Source: Massalongia carnosa
Lineage: Eukaryota
NCBI GenBank assembly: GCA_965645245.1
Contig: OZ287068.1
Span: 1,550,001 to 1,614,000, forward strand
Length of the DNA: 64,000 nucleotides
Direction of reading: 5' to 3'
Shown piece after piece: positions 24,054 to 36,169 of this stretch (positions within the stretch are counted from its first letter, which is position 1; each line of letters begins with the position of its first letter). The translations under genes were made by a program, and so were the position numbers. The notes below the pieces were generated by a model. The model did no database searches. It was not told the origin of the DNA and saw only the letters and a program-made list of their open reading frames with translations.

Positions 24054-25637
24054 ATGTTTAACGCGGTAATGAACCGCCGGAATATACCAAGGACACCACC
24101 CCCAGCCGGTCCCGCCCCCCTATCGACCCCTTACCCGGCCCCCCCCCGACACTCCCCCGGACCATCTCCGGTGGCGTTGATAGGGAGCTCTCCCCGTCTT
24201 GAACCTATGGATCAAACTCGCGAATATGCATCAGCCCCGTCAACACCGACACCAAAGGCAACGAAATTCCCATCGGGTCCATTTTCCACTATCTTGCCAA
24301 TGCCTTCATTGAACTTAAACATTGGATCAAGCCCACCAATCAAACGAAATAAAAGACGCACATTTGACGAACATTCGAGAGATAGCCAAGAAGCGATCAA
24401 TCGGGCAAATTCAATTGAGCTTCTAAAGTCGGCCAAAAAAGCATTATTGCAATCATTTGTACTGGACCAAAATCCACAAACGGCTATCGTAATTGACAAC
24501 GTTAATTCGTTGATTTCGAATAAATCAATCAATTTACAAACATCCTTAGATATGATTAACTATAAAATGGGCATAGTACTTGATCAAACTAGTCATCTTT
24601 CCTCAAAAACGTCACAACAACAAACGACTCCACTACAGAATGGTCCAAAACTCCAAAAACCTGTTGTTAAATTGAACGAAAATTCAATTATCGAAAATCA
24701 GACCATTCGCAAAGGAGCCACCGGGGTCTCTGGTAACAATGTTAGCACAACCGGTACATGGAGTCAAATGCTTGGAAAAGCAACCGAAAACTCCGAAAAT
24801 TGGACTACTATTCAAAGGAAAAGTTCGAATCATAATTCGAACAAAGTCGATCGATTTGATGCAATCAAGGCCAGACGACTCATAATTTCACCGAAAAATC
24901 CTGACGCTCAAATCGACTCTATGAAGCTGCGTGATCAAATTAACGAGCTATTAAAAAACGCAAATTTTAACATCATCGTCAATACTGTTGAGAAGTCCAA
25001 AACCGGTCAGAATATCGTTCTCACCACTAGCCCTGACAACAATGCCGAAGAATTGTTGAAAAATAAATCTTCATGGGAACACATTTTCGAATCACAAAGA
25101 ATTCGAAAAGACGAATCCTGGTTTAAAGTCATAGTACACGGAGTAAATATCTCGTTATTCGATAATAACATGCAATATTTGCAAACCGAAATCGAAAAAT
25201 ACAATTCGAATATGCAACTATGCGATTTACCAAGATGGCTTGCTCGGGATCGTCAAAACAAAGTCACGTCGTCGGTAGTTTTGACTTTCAATAATCAAAA
25301 TCAAGCGTCAAACGCGTTAAGAGGCGTGAATATCGCGGGTAGACATTGTGACACGGAAATATTTGCTTCCGTTCGTCCAAACACGCAATGTATTAATTTT
25401 CAGAAATTTGGACATAAGCATTATCAATGCAAAAGTCCGGCAAAATGCAATATATGCGCACAAAGTCATAAAACGCATAATCATGAATGCACAACCTGCA
25501 AGTCTAAAATCGCATGCGCACATGCAATTCTGAAATGCGTCAATTGCAACAAAAATCATCAATCGAACGATATAGGTTGCGAAATGTTTATCTCGCTAAA
25601 TCCTAGAAAATCGAATGATGAATTAATGCTTGGTTAA
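24054..25637 (+). CDS. LINE ORF1 (B type), 527 aa; first knuckle has C>F (CINF)
   Basis: Open ORF homologous to the other ORF1s; TAATG overlap with ORF2. Confidence 0.88.
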   Translation: MFNAVMNRRNIPRTPPPAGPAPLSTPYPAPPRHSPGPSPVALIGSSPRLEPMDQTREYASAPSTPTPKATKFPSGPFSTILPMPSLNLNIGSSPPIKRNKRRTFDEHSRDSQEAINRANSIELLKSAKKALLQSFVLDQNPQTAIVIDNVNSLISNKSINLQTSLDMINYKMGIVLDQTSHLSSKTSQQQTTPLQNGPKLQKPVVKLNENSIIENQTIRKGATGVSGNNVSTTGTWSQMLGKATENSENWTTIQRKSSNHNSNKVDRFDAIKARRLIISPKNPDAQIDSMKLRDQINELLKNANFNIIVNTVEKSKTGQNIVLTTSPDNNAEELLKNKSSWEHIFESQRIRKDESWFKVIVHGVNISLFDNNMQYLQTEIEKYNSNMQLCDLPRWLARDRQNKVTSSVVLTFNNQNQASNALRGVNIAGRHCDTEIFASVRPNTQCINFQKFGHKHYQCKSPAKCNICAQSHKTHNHECTTCKSKIACAHAILKCVNCNKNHQSNDIGCEMFISLNPRKSNDELMLG

Positions 25638-28600
25638 TGGCGGGACAACATTCGTTGACAAATATCGAAAATACACAAAATGTCAAATTTATTCAACATA
25701 ATTGTGCAAAGTCAACGAATGCAATGATTTCGTGTCTGGAATATGCAGTATTAAATCGTGTTGATATTGTTTTATTTCAGGAACCATGGACGCGAGATCA
25801 AAAAACAATTTCCCATCCGTCATTCACATGTATTATGCCGAAAATAGCGACTTATCGGCCGAGAGTAGCTATATTCGTTACAAAATGCAATCCAAAATTA
25901 CAATGCACGCCTAGAACGGATCTTATAAACGATACTGATCTGCAAATTATCGAAATTACAATTGATGAAGTTCGAAAAGTGCAGATCTTTAACCTTTACA
26001 ATGAAAAAAGTCTAAACGATCGAGAAACATATACAATCGATCGACTTTTAGTTAAATATCAACCTATATCAACTGATCAATTTGTCATATGTGGAGATTT
26101 CAATGCACATCATAGCTGGTGGAATTCGAAGATTCAAAATGCAAATCGATCAGAAAATCTAGTCAAATGTTTAAAATTAAACAAATGTAGTTTGATAAAT
26201 ACGCCTGATCTATATACATTTTTTGCTTATTCAGGAAACTCTTCATATATTATTGATTTAACATTTGCAAATTCTAAAATCGAAAACGCAATTACAAATT
26301 GGTCAATCGATGAAAACGCAGTCACGGGTTCAGATCATGAAGTTATTCGATTTGAACTTATCGCGTCTTTCAAGAACTTGACGTCACACGCAACCGCATT
26401 ATCGAATAAATACAACTGCAATAAAGCCGATTGGGATAAATTCGCGAAGTTTCTAGACGAAAATGCAGTAAACTACGAGTCCCAAATACAAAGTCTATTG
26501 AACAATTATCAATTTGATGAATCAGCGTTATATTTGCAAAACGTTATCAAAAACGCGGCTGAAATGTTTATTCCAAGACAAAAATATGCGCAAAATCGAA
26601 AAATTGGTGGTCGCAAGATTTATCCGGACTTCAAAAAATCATGTGTAGATATCGTCGAGAATGGAAGAATAATCCGTCCTATTTTAGTCATCAAACATTT
26701 AGACATAGTCGAATCGAGTACTTTCATGCAATTCGAAAAGCGGAACAGCAAACTTGGTTGGCTTTCCTCGAAAACGCAGCGAATAAAGACGTATTTACAG
26801 CTTATAAATACACTAAACCGCGCATGTTCGAAAAAATACCACCTATTCAATATGAAAATAAGTTAAATGTTCAATTCGATCACAAATGCGATGCGTTTGT
26901 GTCAGCAATGTACACAAAAAACCCGTTCACAGATGATAATATTGAAGATTTAACGAATCAAGACAGCGAAAATGACAACAATTGGCCGAATTTAACCGAA
27001 AATGAATTGCAAAATGCGATTAGTTTGTTTAATCCAAAGAAATCATGCGGACCTGATGCAATCAATTTCACAATAATTCAAAAATCGTTTCAACCATTGA
27101 AAAACGTGTTTTTTACTATTTATTCTAAATTTATACAAATCGGTTATCACCCGTTATGTTGGCGAACAGGACTCGGTGCTGTTTTAAAAAAAACCTAATA
27201 AACCAGACTACTCGCTGCCAAAATCATATCGAATTATTACCTTACTGAATTGTCTTGGTAAAATTGCGGAGAAAATAGTTGCTAATCGACTAGCCTACCT
27301 CGGCAAAAATTCGAGCTTGTTAGATACCGAACAAATGGGCGGACGGAAAAATCATTCTGCAATCGATGCGGTAATGAACCTCGTTCATGATATCGAAATC
27401 GCAAACCGAAACAAAAACGTTTTATCATGTCTATTACTCGATGTCAAAGGAGCATTTGACTTTGTTTCGATTAATCAATTGATAAATGTAATGAAAAAGC
27501 TGCATTTATCTCACATAGTTATTCAATGGGTCAAGCATTTTATGACAAAACGATCGATCAATTTGATATTCGATGAACAGAAAAGCAAAACGTACTATAT
27601 CGAATCTGGAATTCCACAAGGTTCACCAATTTCGCCAATTCTATTTCTGATTTATATTCGTTACTTATTTCCGAAAATACGAATGAAATTCAATGCTCAT
27701 TCACCTAGCTTTATAGACGATGTTGCAATATATGTCGAAAATAAAACTGCCACACAGAATTGCAAAGCAATCGAAATTATCGTCAAAACAGCTTTTGATT
27801 GGGCCGCAACGAATAATGTCAAATTTGATGACGACAAATCTGAGTTGATTCACTTCGAAAAGTCAAGAAATGCATCAAAAGACAAAGTGCAATTACCAAA
27901 CGGGACAATACTAGAAACGAAAAATTCTGTCAAATGGTTAGGAGTCTGGTTAGACCGAAAACTAAATTACAAAAAACACGTCGAAACGCGAATTGCTTCT
28001 GCAAATCGATCGTTTTTCGCAATTCAAAATTTGATGAAGTCTGAATGGGGACTAAAGCCAACTGCATGCAGACAGCTCTATTTGTCATGCATTATTCCTA
28101 TTTCGGACTATGGCTCAGAAATCTGGTATAACGGTCAAAAGAAATATGAAAAGCTATTTCAGAATCTGCAAAATCGAATGATTCGAAAGATTTTAGGCAC
28201 ATTCAAAACCACGCCTGTTCAGGCGATGGAAATTGAATCGCATATTTTACCAGCCAAGCTACGATTGTTGATGAAAAATCAAAAATACGCAATTCGATTA
28301 TTGAAGATTGCCGAAAATAATCCTATTTGTCAAAGAATTCCCAGTACCTATACGGTGAAATTTGAAAACATTGGTTTTGACACTAGTTTTTGGAACAACA
28401 GATATGCTGAATGGAACGAAGACGAGAAAAATCGAGTAAACCTCATCCTAATCAGCTTATCCGTATTCTTCATTCCGTTTCGGATATAGTTCACAAAACT
28501 GATGAATTCGAATCAGTAAATAATTTCATCAAACCATGGAAGCCGTCTTGTAAAATCAAGTTCCAAATCGAAAGATCAAAAGAAACAGCAAAGTCTAGTT

Positions 28601-29650
28601 ATTATTCGACTTTATCAAAAATTCAATCAATAAACGCCGATAAATCGCAAATTTTACTCTATACCGACGGATCAAAAACCGAGTTTTCAACTTCCGCTGT
28701 CACATTTGCACCAATTACGCGAAATTGGAACAATTTCACCAATAACTTCAATCGTTTTATCGAAAAAGATTGTCTCCTCAAACATCATACGATTTCGAAA
28801 AGCTGGAAATTAAACAAACAGTTAAGCGTTAAAAACGCTGAACTGTATGCGATACTACAAGCAATAAAATGGGCATACAAATTGACAATTGCGAATATTC
28901 TCTTCAATATGGAAAAAACGATTTGGATTTTTTCCCGATAGCATAAACGCGATAAACGAAATTCAGAACTTGACAAATCATACTTACGCAAAACAAATTC
29001 GAAAATTCTCGAAATGCTTATTCGGAAACAATTATCAGGTGGTTCTACAATGGATTCCTAGTCATTCGAAAATCTTCGAAAATGAAATTGCAGATAAAGC
29101 AGCAAAAGCGGGACATAGTGGAATCCTAGTCGAGTCTTCGATAATAACATTTGATTATGTGAAGGGTCAAATAAATCGAAATATGTTAGCCACATGGGCG
29201 AATCAATGGCAACAATGCAAGTCAAAAGGCAAATACTATGAGAAATTCGAAATGCAGCCGGGCAAATCGAGTTTTTATTATCTGTCGAATAATTGTTCTA
29301 AATTAATATTTGCAACTATTATGCAAATGATCTTCGGACACGGTTATTTTCGATCATATCTGCACCGATTGAAAGATTATAATTCGTCAAAATGCACAGG
29401 GCGCTGCAACGGACGTCAAACGCCAGAACACTTATTGATGAATTGCATACATTATTCAAATGAAATCCTAAACATGAAACAAAATATCGATACCACAATT
29501 ACTTTAAAAATGTTGTTTAATACTAGGATCGGAAATAATATTTTGATTAAATTTATTTTTGATAACAAAATCGCGACTAGAAAATGGAAGCTAGGTCAGC
29601 TCGATGACGAAAATATCCAAACGGGAGGTTGGGGAGAGATCGAACAGTAA
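25637..29650 (+). pseudogene. LINE ORF2 with several frameshifts
   Basis: Five overlapping ORF fragments collinear with intact ORF2. Confidence 0.92.
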
Positions 29651-30246
29651 AATTAGAAATGATTTATGCTGGAATATTTACGAGCTTTACAAAAACAAAT
29701 TTTAAAATCGATATTTCGATTATTAAATGTTGTTACTAACACGGAGTAAAAACGGGGCAATATTGACGATACATAGTTGGGTTATAAAGGGTTGATTTAT
29801 TTGTAAAATAAAACCATATCTTAAAATAGTTTAGTGTCATAACCTTAGGTTGAATGCACTTAAGGAATAAATAAAAAAATAAAAAAAAAAGTTAAAGATC
29901 TGCACTTTTCGAACTTCATCAATTGTAATTTCGATAATTTGCAGATCAGAATCGTTAATAAGATCCGTTCTAGGCGTGCATTGTAATTTTGGATTGCATT
30001 TTGTAACGAATATAGCTACTCTCGGCCGATAAGTCGCTATTTTCGGCATAATACATGTGAATGACGGATGGGAAATTGTTTTTTGATCTCGCGTCCATGG
30101 TTCCTGAAATAAAACAATATCAACACGATTTAATACTGCATATTCCAGACACGAAATCATTGCATTCGTTGACTTTGCACAATTATGTTCAATAAATTTG
30201 ATATTTTGTGTATTTTCGATATTTGTCAACGAATGTTGTCCCGCCA

Positions 30247-31830
30247 TTAACCAAGCATTAATTCATCATTCGATTTTCTAGGATTTAGCGAGATAAACAT
30301 TTCGCAACCTATATCGTTCGATTGACGATTTTTGTTGCAATTGACGCATTTCAGAATTGCATGTGCGCATGCGATTGTAGACTTGCATGTTATTCATTCA
30401 AGATTATGCGTTTCATGACTTTGTGCGCATATATTGCATTTTGCCGGACTTTTGCATTGATAATGCTTATGTCCAAATTTCTGACAATTAATACATTGCG
30501 TGTTTGGACGAACGGAAGCAAATATTTCCGTGTCACAATGTTTACCCGCGATATTCACGCCTCTTAGCGCGTTTGACGCTTGATTTTGATTATTGAAAGT
30601 CAAAACTACCGACGACGTGACTTTGTTTTGACGATCCCGAGCAAGCCATCTTGGTAAATCGCATAGTTGCATATTCGAATTGTATTTTTCGATTTCGGTT
30701 TGCAAATATTGCATGTTATTATCGAATAACGAGATATTTACTCCGTGTGCTATGACTTTAAACCAGGATTCGTCTTTTCGAATTCTTTGTGATTCGAAAA
30801 TGTGTTCCCATGAAAATTTATTTTTCAACAATTCTTCGGCATTGTTGTCAGGGCTAGTGGTGAGAACGATATTCTGACCGGTTTTGGACTTTTCAACAGT
30901 ATTGACGATGATGTTTAAATTTGCGTTTTTTAATAGCGCGTTAATTTGATCACGCAACTTTATAGAGTCGATTTGGGCGTCAAGATTTTTCGGTGAAATC
31001 ACGAGTCGTCTGGCCTTGATTGCATCAAATCGATCGACTTTATTCGAATTATGATTCGAACTTTTCCTTTGAATAGTAGTCCAATTTTCGGAGTTTTCGG
31101 TTGCTTTTCCAAGCATTTGACTCCATGTACCGGTTGTGCTAACATTGTTACCAGAGACCCCGGTGGCTCCTTTGCGAATGGTCTGATTTTCGATAATTGA
31201 ATTTTCGTTCAATTTAACAACAGGTTTTTGGATTTTTGGACCATTCTGTAGTGGAGTCGTTTGTTGTTGTGACGTTTTTGAGGAAAGACGACTAGTTTGA
31301 TCAAGTACTATGCCCATTTTATAGTTAATCATATCTAAGGATGTTTGTAAATTGATTGATTTTTTCGAAATCAACGAATTAACGTTGTCAATTACGATAG
31401 CCGTTTGTGGATTTTGGTCCAGTACAAATGATTGCAATAATGCTTTTTTGGCCGACTTTAGAAGTTCAATTGAATTTGCCCGATTGATCGCTTCTTGGCT
31501 ATCTCTCGAATGTTCGTCAAATGTGCGTCTTTTATTTCGTTTGATTGGTGGGCTTGATCCAATGTTTAAGTTCAATGAAGGCATCGGCAAGATAGTGGAA
31601 AATGGACCCGATGGGAATTTCGTTGCCTTTGGTGTCGGTGTTGACGAGGCTGATGCATATTCGCGAGTTTTATCCATAGGTTCAAGACGGGGAGAGCTCC
31701 CTATCAACGCCACTGGAGATGGTCCGGGAGAGTGTCGGCGGGGGGCCGGGTATGGGGTCGATAGGGGGGCGGGACCGGCTGGGGGTGGTGTCCTTGGTAT
31801 ATTCCGGCGGTTCATTACCGCGTTAAACAT
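30247..31830 (-). pseudogene. LINE ORF1 (B type) frameshifted near the C-terminal knuckles
   Basis: 478-aa ORF nearly identical to 24054-25637 until ~30400. Confidence 0.88.
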
Positions 31831-32739
31831 GATTTTATAAATAAATCGATGTTGCCTTTGCTATAACCCCTTTATCGCCACCAAATAATTTATTCTGACG
31901 TTCCCCGGACGTAATAGTCAGAATAGAGAGTTTTTACGCCGATTTACTGGTCTAAAGACTCTTGCTTTCCAAACCCTATTTATTTGACAATAACGAGTCA
32001 AATAAATCCTAGTCAAGTTAAAATAGACCGTTCCTCGCTTAGGCAATAGATCTTATTTTACTCTTTACCTTGACACTACGATATTTGGAATATAATAAGA
32101 ATTTTACGATCGAACAGAAAATTTTTTTTTTTTAAAAAATGTTTTTGATCCAGAAATAAAAATCAAGTACAATGAGAGAGTAGGAGACTTCCTATGCTGG
32201 TTAGCCTGAAACAGAGCCTTTGGTTTAACCCTATTTCAGACGTTTTTCCCCTTCGTTTCAGCAGATTGTTGGTCGGCAGTTCAACGAAAATCGAAAAAAC
32301 CCAAAATAGAATAGTGTATACGGTACCGGTAACCTTAAATTTCAAATGAACACCAAGAAGTTTTGTTGTCTCGAGAACAAGTTGTACAGTTACGCGACAG
32401 TGATGATATTTTGTAGATAATTTTTATGATAATAGATGAGATCTATGCGATAATTAAACCGAAGAAATATCGAAAATCGAGCGATTTTTGACGTTGTTGT
32501 TGGTGTTTTTGTGTTTTGTAGATTTATTGGACGCGCTTTTTGGTGAATGGGCGGACAGACCGCGAGGAAAACTCTGCAGGAGCAGTGGAAGAGCTCTCCT
32601 GTACCCAATTCTGAGGGGTTTTAGCTTCTGGTAGGCTCAAATGAATGAGATGAATGAGGAGAATAAGTTGGGAAAGTTTCAGTATATCAAAATATAGGGT
32701 ACCGATGTTTTGGGGGTTGGCTTTGAGTAGAGAATTGAC

Positions 32740-33762
32740 CAATGCTACAAGCATCTGTCAACCATTGGATCAAGGCATCATCAAGACGTTTAAGGCTTAC
32801 TACAAGCGAAAATGGCTAGCCTTTTTATGTGATCAGTATGATGCGGACAAATATCCTTTTAAGAACATGCATATTTTGCAAGCTATTCGTTGGTCAATGA
32901 CTGCTTGGGAGTATGACGTCAAACCCGCTAATATCGTCAACTGCTGGATTAAGTCTTTGGTATTCTTAGCAAATTACTTTTTTTATTTTTTATTTATTCA
33001 TTAAGTGTATTCAACCTAAGGTTATGACACTAAACTATTTTAGGATATGTTTCTATAATACAAATAAATCAACCCTTTATAACCCATCTATGTATCGTCA
33101 ATTTTCCCCCGTTTTTACTCCGTGTTAGTAACAACCTATAGTAATCGAGAAATTATCGATTTTACAATTTGTCTTAGTATCTTAGCAAATTACGGACCTA
33201 CTACGCAATTGCAAGCGAAGAAATTGGGCTGGACGAAAGAAAAGGATGTGTCGAATGCAGTTGATCAAGAGACGGAAGACTACAATCAACTAGTAAAAGA
33301 GATGAGTATTACATTGCAGCAGTTGAAGAAGAATGATCGCATTCAAGACGTCATAAGTATTGAACGATGTCTCAATCCCGCGGAAGAAATCATTGAGGAT
33401 GATGATGATGATGACATTCTTGATACTATTGTGGATGCATACGCCGAAGGTCAAATTGAAGAATCGGATGAAGATGAGATCGTCAAACCTACAGTGAAAT
33501 ACTCTGAAGCTATTCGAGTTTTAAGAATACTACGTACATTTCATGAGCAATAGGAAGATGGCGACATCGATTTGATTCAACGTTTGAATGCTTCGGTGCA
33601 GGTTATGCTAAATGGGGAAATAATACTAGAAAGCAGATGACCATTACCAGCTATTTTAGGTAGAAAATGAGATGTTTTCGTAGAAATTAAGGTTATAACG
33701 AAAACTGGTTATAACGAATTTTTTTCATGGAATTATCGATTCGTTATAGCCAGGGTTTACTG
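32740..33762 (+). mobile_element. 3' part of a Tigger/CENP-B-like pogo DDE transposon with right TIR
   Basis: NATSICQPLDQGIIKTFKAYYKR, acidic C-terminus; terminus cgttatagccagggtttactg (33742-33762) followed by TA; subterminal ggttataacga twice. Confidence 0.85.
32978..33179 (-). mobile_element. 3'-UTR-only A-type LINE insertion (~200 bp, L7)
   Basis: Tail + 3' UTR; 14-bp TSD tcttagcaaattac at 32964-32977 and 33180-33193. Confidence 0.93.
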
Positions 33763-33886
33763 TAATCTGAAACAGGACCTTTGGTATAATCCTATTCCAG
33801 ACGTTTTTTCTCTTTTTTTCAGTGATCTGTTTACCGGCCGTTCAACGAAGATCGATAAAGCCAAAAATGGAATATGTAAAAATTAT
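33763..33886 (-). mobile_element. A-type LINE 5' UTR remnant; host of the Tigger-like and piggyBac insertions
   Basis: Matches ~60309-60432 and ~6646-6769. Confidence 0.88.
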
Positions 33887-34044
33887 CCCTTCGTCTGGCA
33901 ATTTGGCAGCCACCTTAAACTGGCTTAGTGAGATACCGTAGGGCTGAGTCGCGAATGTCAAAATATTCTCCACTTTTTTTATAAATAAGAAGGTAAACAT
34001 CAGTTGAAAATCATTAAAACATCTACAATTTCTTTAGAATAATC

Positions 34045-34880
34045 ATGAGAGGCATTGAGAAAGAAGTTCCTGACCAATCAGACGCTTTGCACCCCTCAAT
34101 TCTGAAAGAACAGGCTAAAAAGAATAAACCCAGCGTACAAAGCATAATTGACTCCATGCCCTCTCCGTCATCAAATTATTGTCCAATTTCGATCCCATTT
34201 CGAAAACCACAGCCGGACGAGACGTTGCGCTTGATAAATCAGACTCCTTTCAGTTTATTCTGCCTCTTCTTTAGCTGTGAAATGCTTGAAAGCATAGCTA
34301 AAAACACCATTCTTAAAGCGAAAAAGAAGTATGCCCTTAACGACATCAAGAGACGTCAACGGCATGACACCTCTTCTTCTGAAGTAGGAGCTTTTCGGGT
34401 AATTATATTATATATGGGGTATACACTAATGCCACGTCTTACTGACTATTGGAACACGTCTCCTAAATTTGCCATACATGACATGGTGATTCAAGCCATG
34501 AGTCTTCGAAGATGGGAGCAACTCAAGCGATTTTTGAAGATATCCAACCCCGACGAAGATGAGATCATTGATACTCGAGGCCTTGATTGGTGGAAAAAGC
34601 TGGAACCATTGGCCACAGACTTTCGAAAAGCATCAAAGAAATACTGGATTCCTGGAAGTCATGTATCAGTTGACGAGCAATTGATTTTATTTAGGGGTAG
34701 GAGCTGCCCTACTATGCGAATAGGCACCAAGGCGGCTGGTATAGGCTTTAAAATCTATAGTTTATGTCAGGAATCAAACATTGATGACGGGGACATTCTG
34801 TGTATAGTATGGGTTGATTTAAACACCCTGCAATTCATGACCACGGTTCATACAATTGAGGAGTTGAAGACTTCTTTCTA
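34045..34880 (+). pseudogene. piggyBac transposase (DDE_Tnp_1_7-like), interrupted and probably internally deleted
   Basis: PFSLFCLFFS, RLTDYW, MSLRRWEQLKRFL, HVSVDEQLILFRGR, KAAGIGFKIYSLC, WVDLNTLQFMTTVH. Confidence 0.88.
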
Positions 34881-36169
34881 ATCGTCGGCTAGTGTAATGG
34901 GCTACGAGACTAGTAAGCTTATCACGAGCGACACTAATCTCGAAAGGGGAAATGCTCAGCGTGAGAGGAGGACGATAGCTACTACGTGCTAGTCTCCGAG
35001 AGTATATGTGATCCAAAGAACTACTGGATGTGGAAGTGCTTGGACCAAGAGATCTCGTCCGAGACCCAAACGTAGGTTGTTTATAGAATAAAGACTAATT
35101 GCTAACGAATACTACAAGATTCGTTCTGATATTTATCCTACTCACCCCAAGCCTATAGCCTTGGGAGCCTTGGAACCTTAGGAGCCTTGCAAGCCTTGGG
35201 AGTCTTGCGAGCATTATAGCCTTGCAATCCACATCCGACTTTATCGCATTACATCCAACCATCCCTCAGGATCCATCCACGAACTCGGCGTTCGCTGGAT
35301 CATCTAGTCAGCCTCGAGCAGCCTTCTAGATCTTCCCTTGCAAGGTAGAACAATTCTACCCCCGGCTAGATCCCTCACTACATGCCTCAGGCTATGTAGC
35401 TTTATTTCGCCGTCACCACTACCTAGTGATGGAAGGTTACCTCCGACTGAATACCTCGCTACACTGCGGACCTTACTCTAGACACAAGGTCTAGACAACG
35501 AGGTCATGTAGGTTCATTCAGCCGACATCACTACCAACGTAGTAATAAAGGTTAAAGCTGAAGTTTATACCAGGGAGCCTAGCTCAAGCTGCGTCCAGCG
35601 AGCCGTGCCTCCTGCTACCTCTCTTGATCCATCAAGAGATCCAGTAGCTCCGAGTAGGCCAGTAGATCCCATATAGAGTTCCTTTGCGTCTCCACAGGAG
35701 TCCGCCTTACACTCCATGGCAATCTACCACCACGGCCTCGACAAGTGTTTGATCTGTGAGTAGTCAAGAACGTGATAACAATAACTCCGAAGTTTCGGGG
35801 CAAGATGGCAGTGTGTCTGTGTAGCACGTCGACCTAGATAGAATCTAATAGGGACTATGTACGAAAACTAGTAAGATGAAGAAAGAAAGCTATGTACAGA
35901 TCGCCGGTTAATAAACACTCATACCCGTGCTAAGCCTAATGCAGGTTTTTATCACCGTCGTTGAACTGCTCAGACCACGCGTGTTAATAATATCGCTACA
36001 AGCAGTGCTAAATCCGTTTTCGGTTAGATAAGGTGAATAGCACTACGTCATGTGTTGCCTGAGGTTAGAGCGTTGTAATCCGTGACATTACCCCCTTCTT
36101 TAGATCGCGAATCACCTGATCGCGATTAGCGCCGTTCTTGTCAGGTGACGTAATTCCCGTTGACTGTTG

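Larger units (their letters stand above)
23141..29890 (+). mobile_element. Full-length B-type LINE (L6) inserted antisense into L5
   Basis: 14-bp TSD gttaaagatctgca at 23127-23140 and 29891-29904; 5' UTR, ORF1, ORF2, tail. Confidence 0.96.
20645..32739 (-). mobile_element. B-type LINE (L5) with complete 5' end, lacking RNase H and 3' end; interrupted by L6
   Basis: ORF2 pieces 20645-23140 and 29891-30247, ORF1 30247-31830, 5' UTR to ~32724. Confidence 0.92.
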
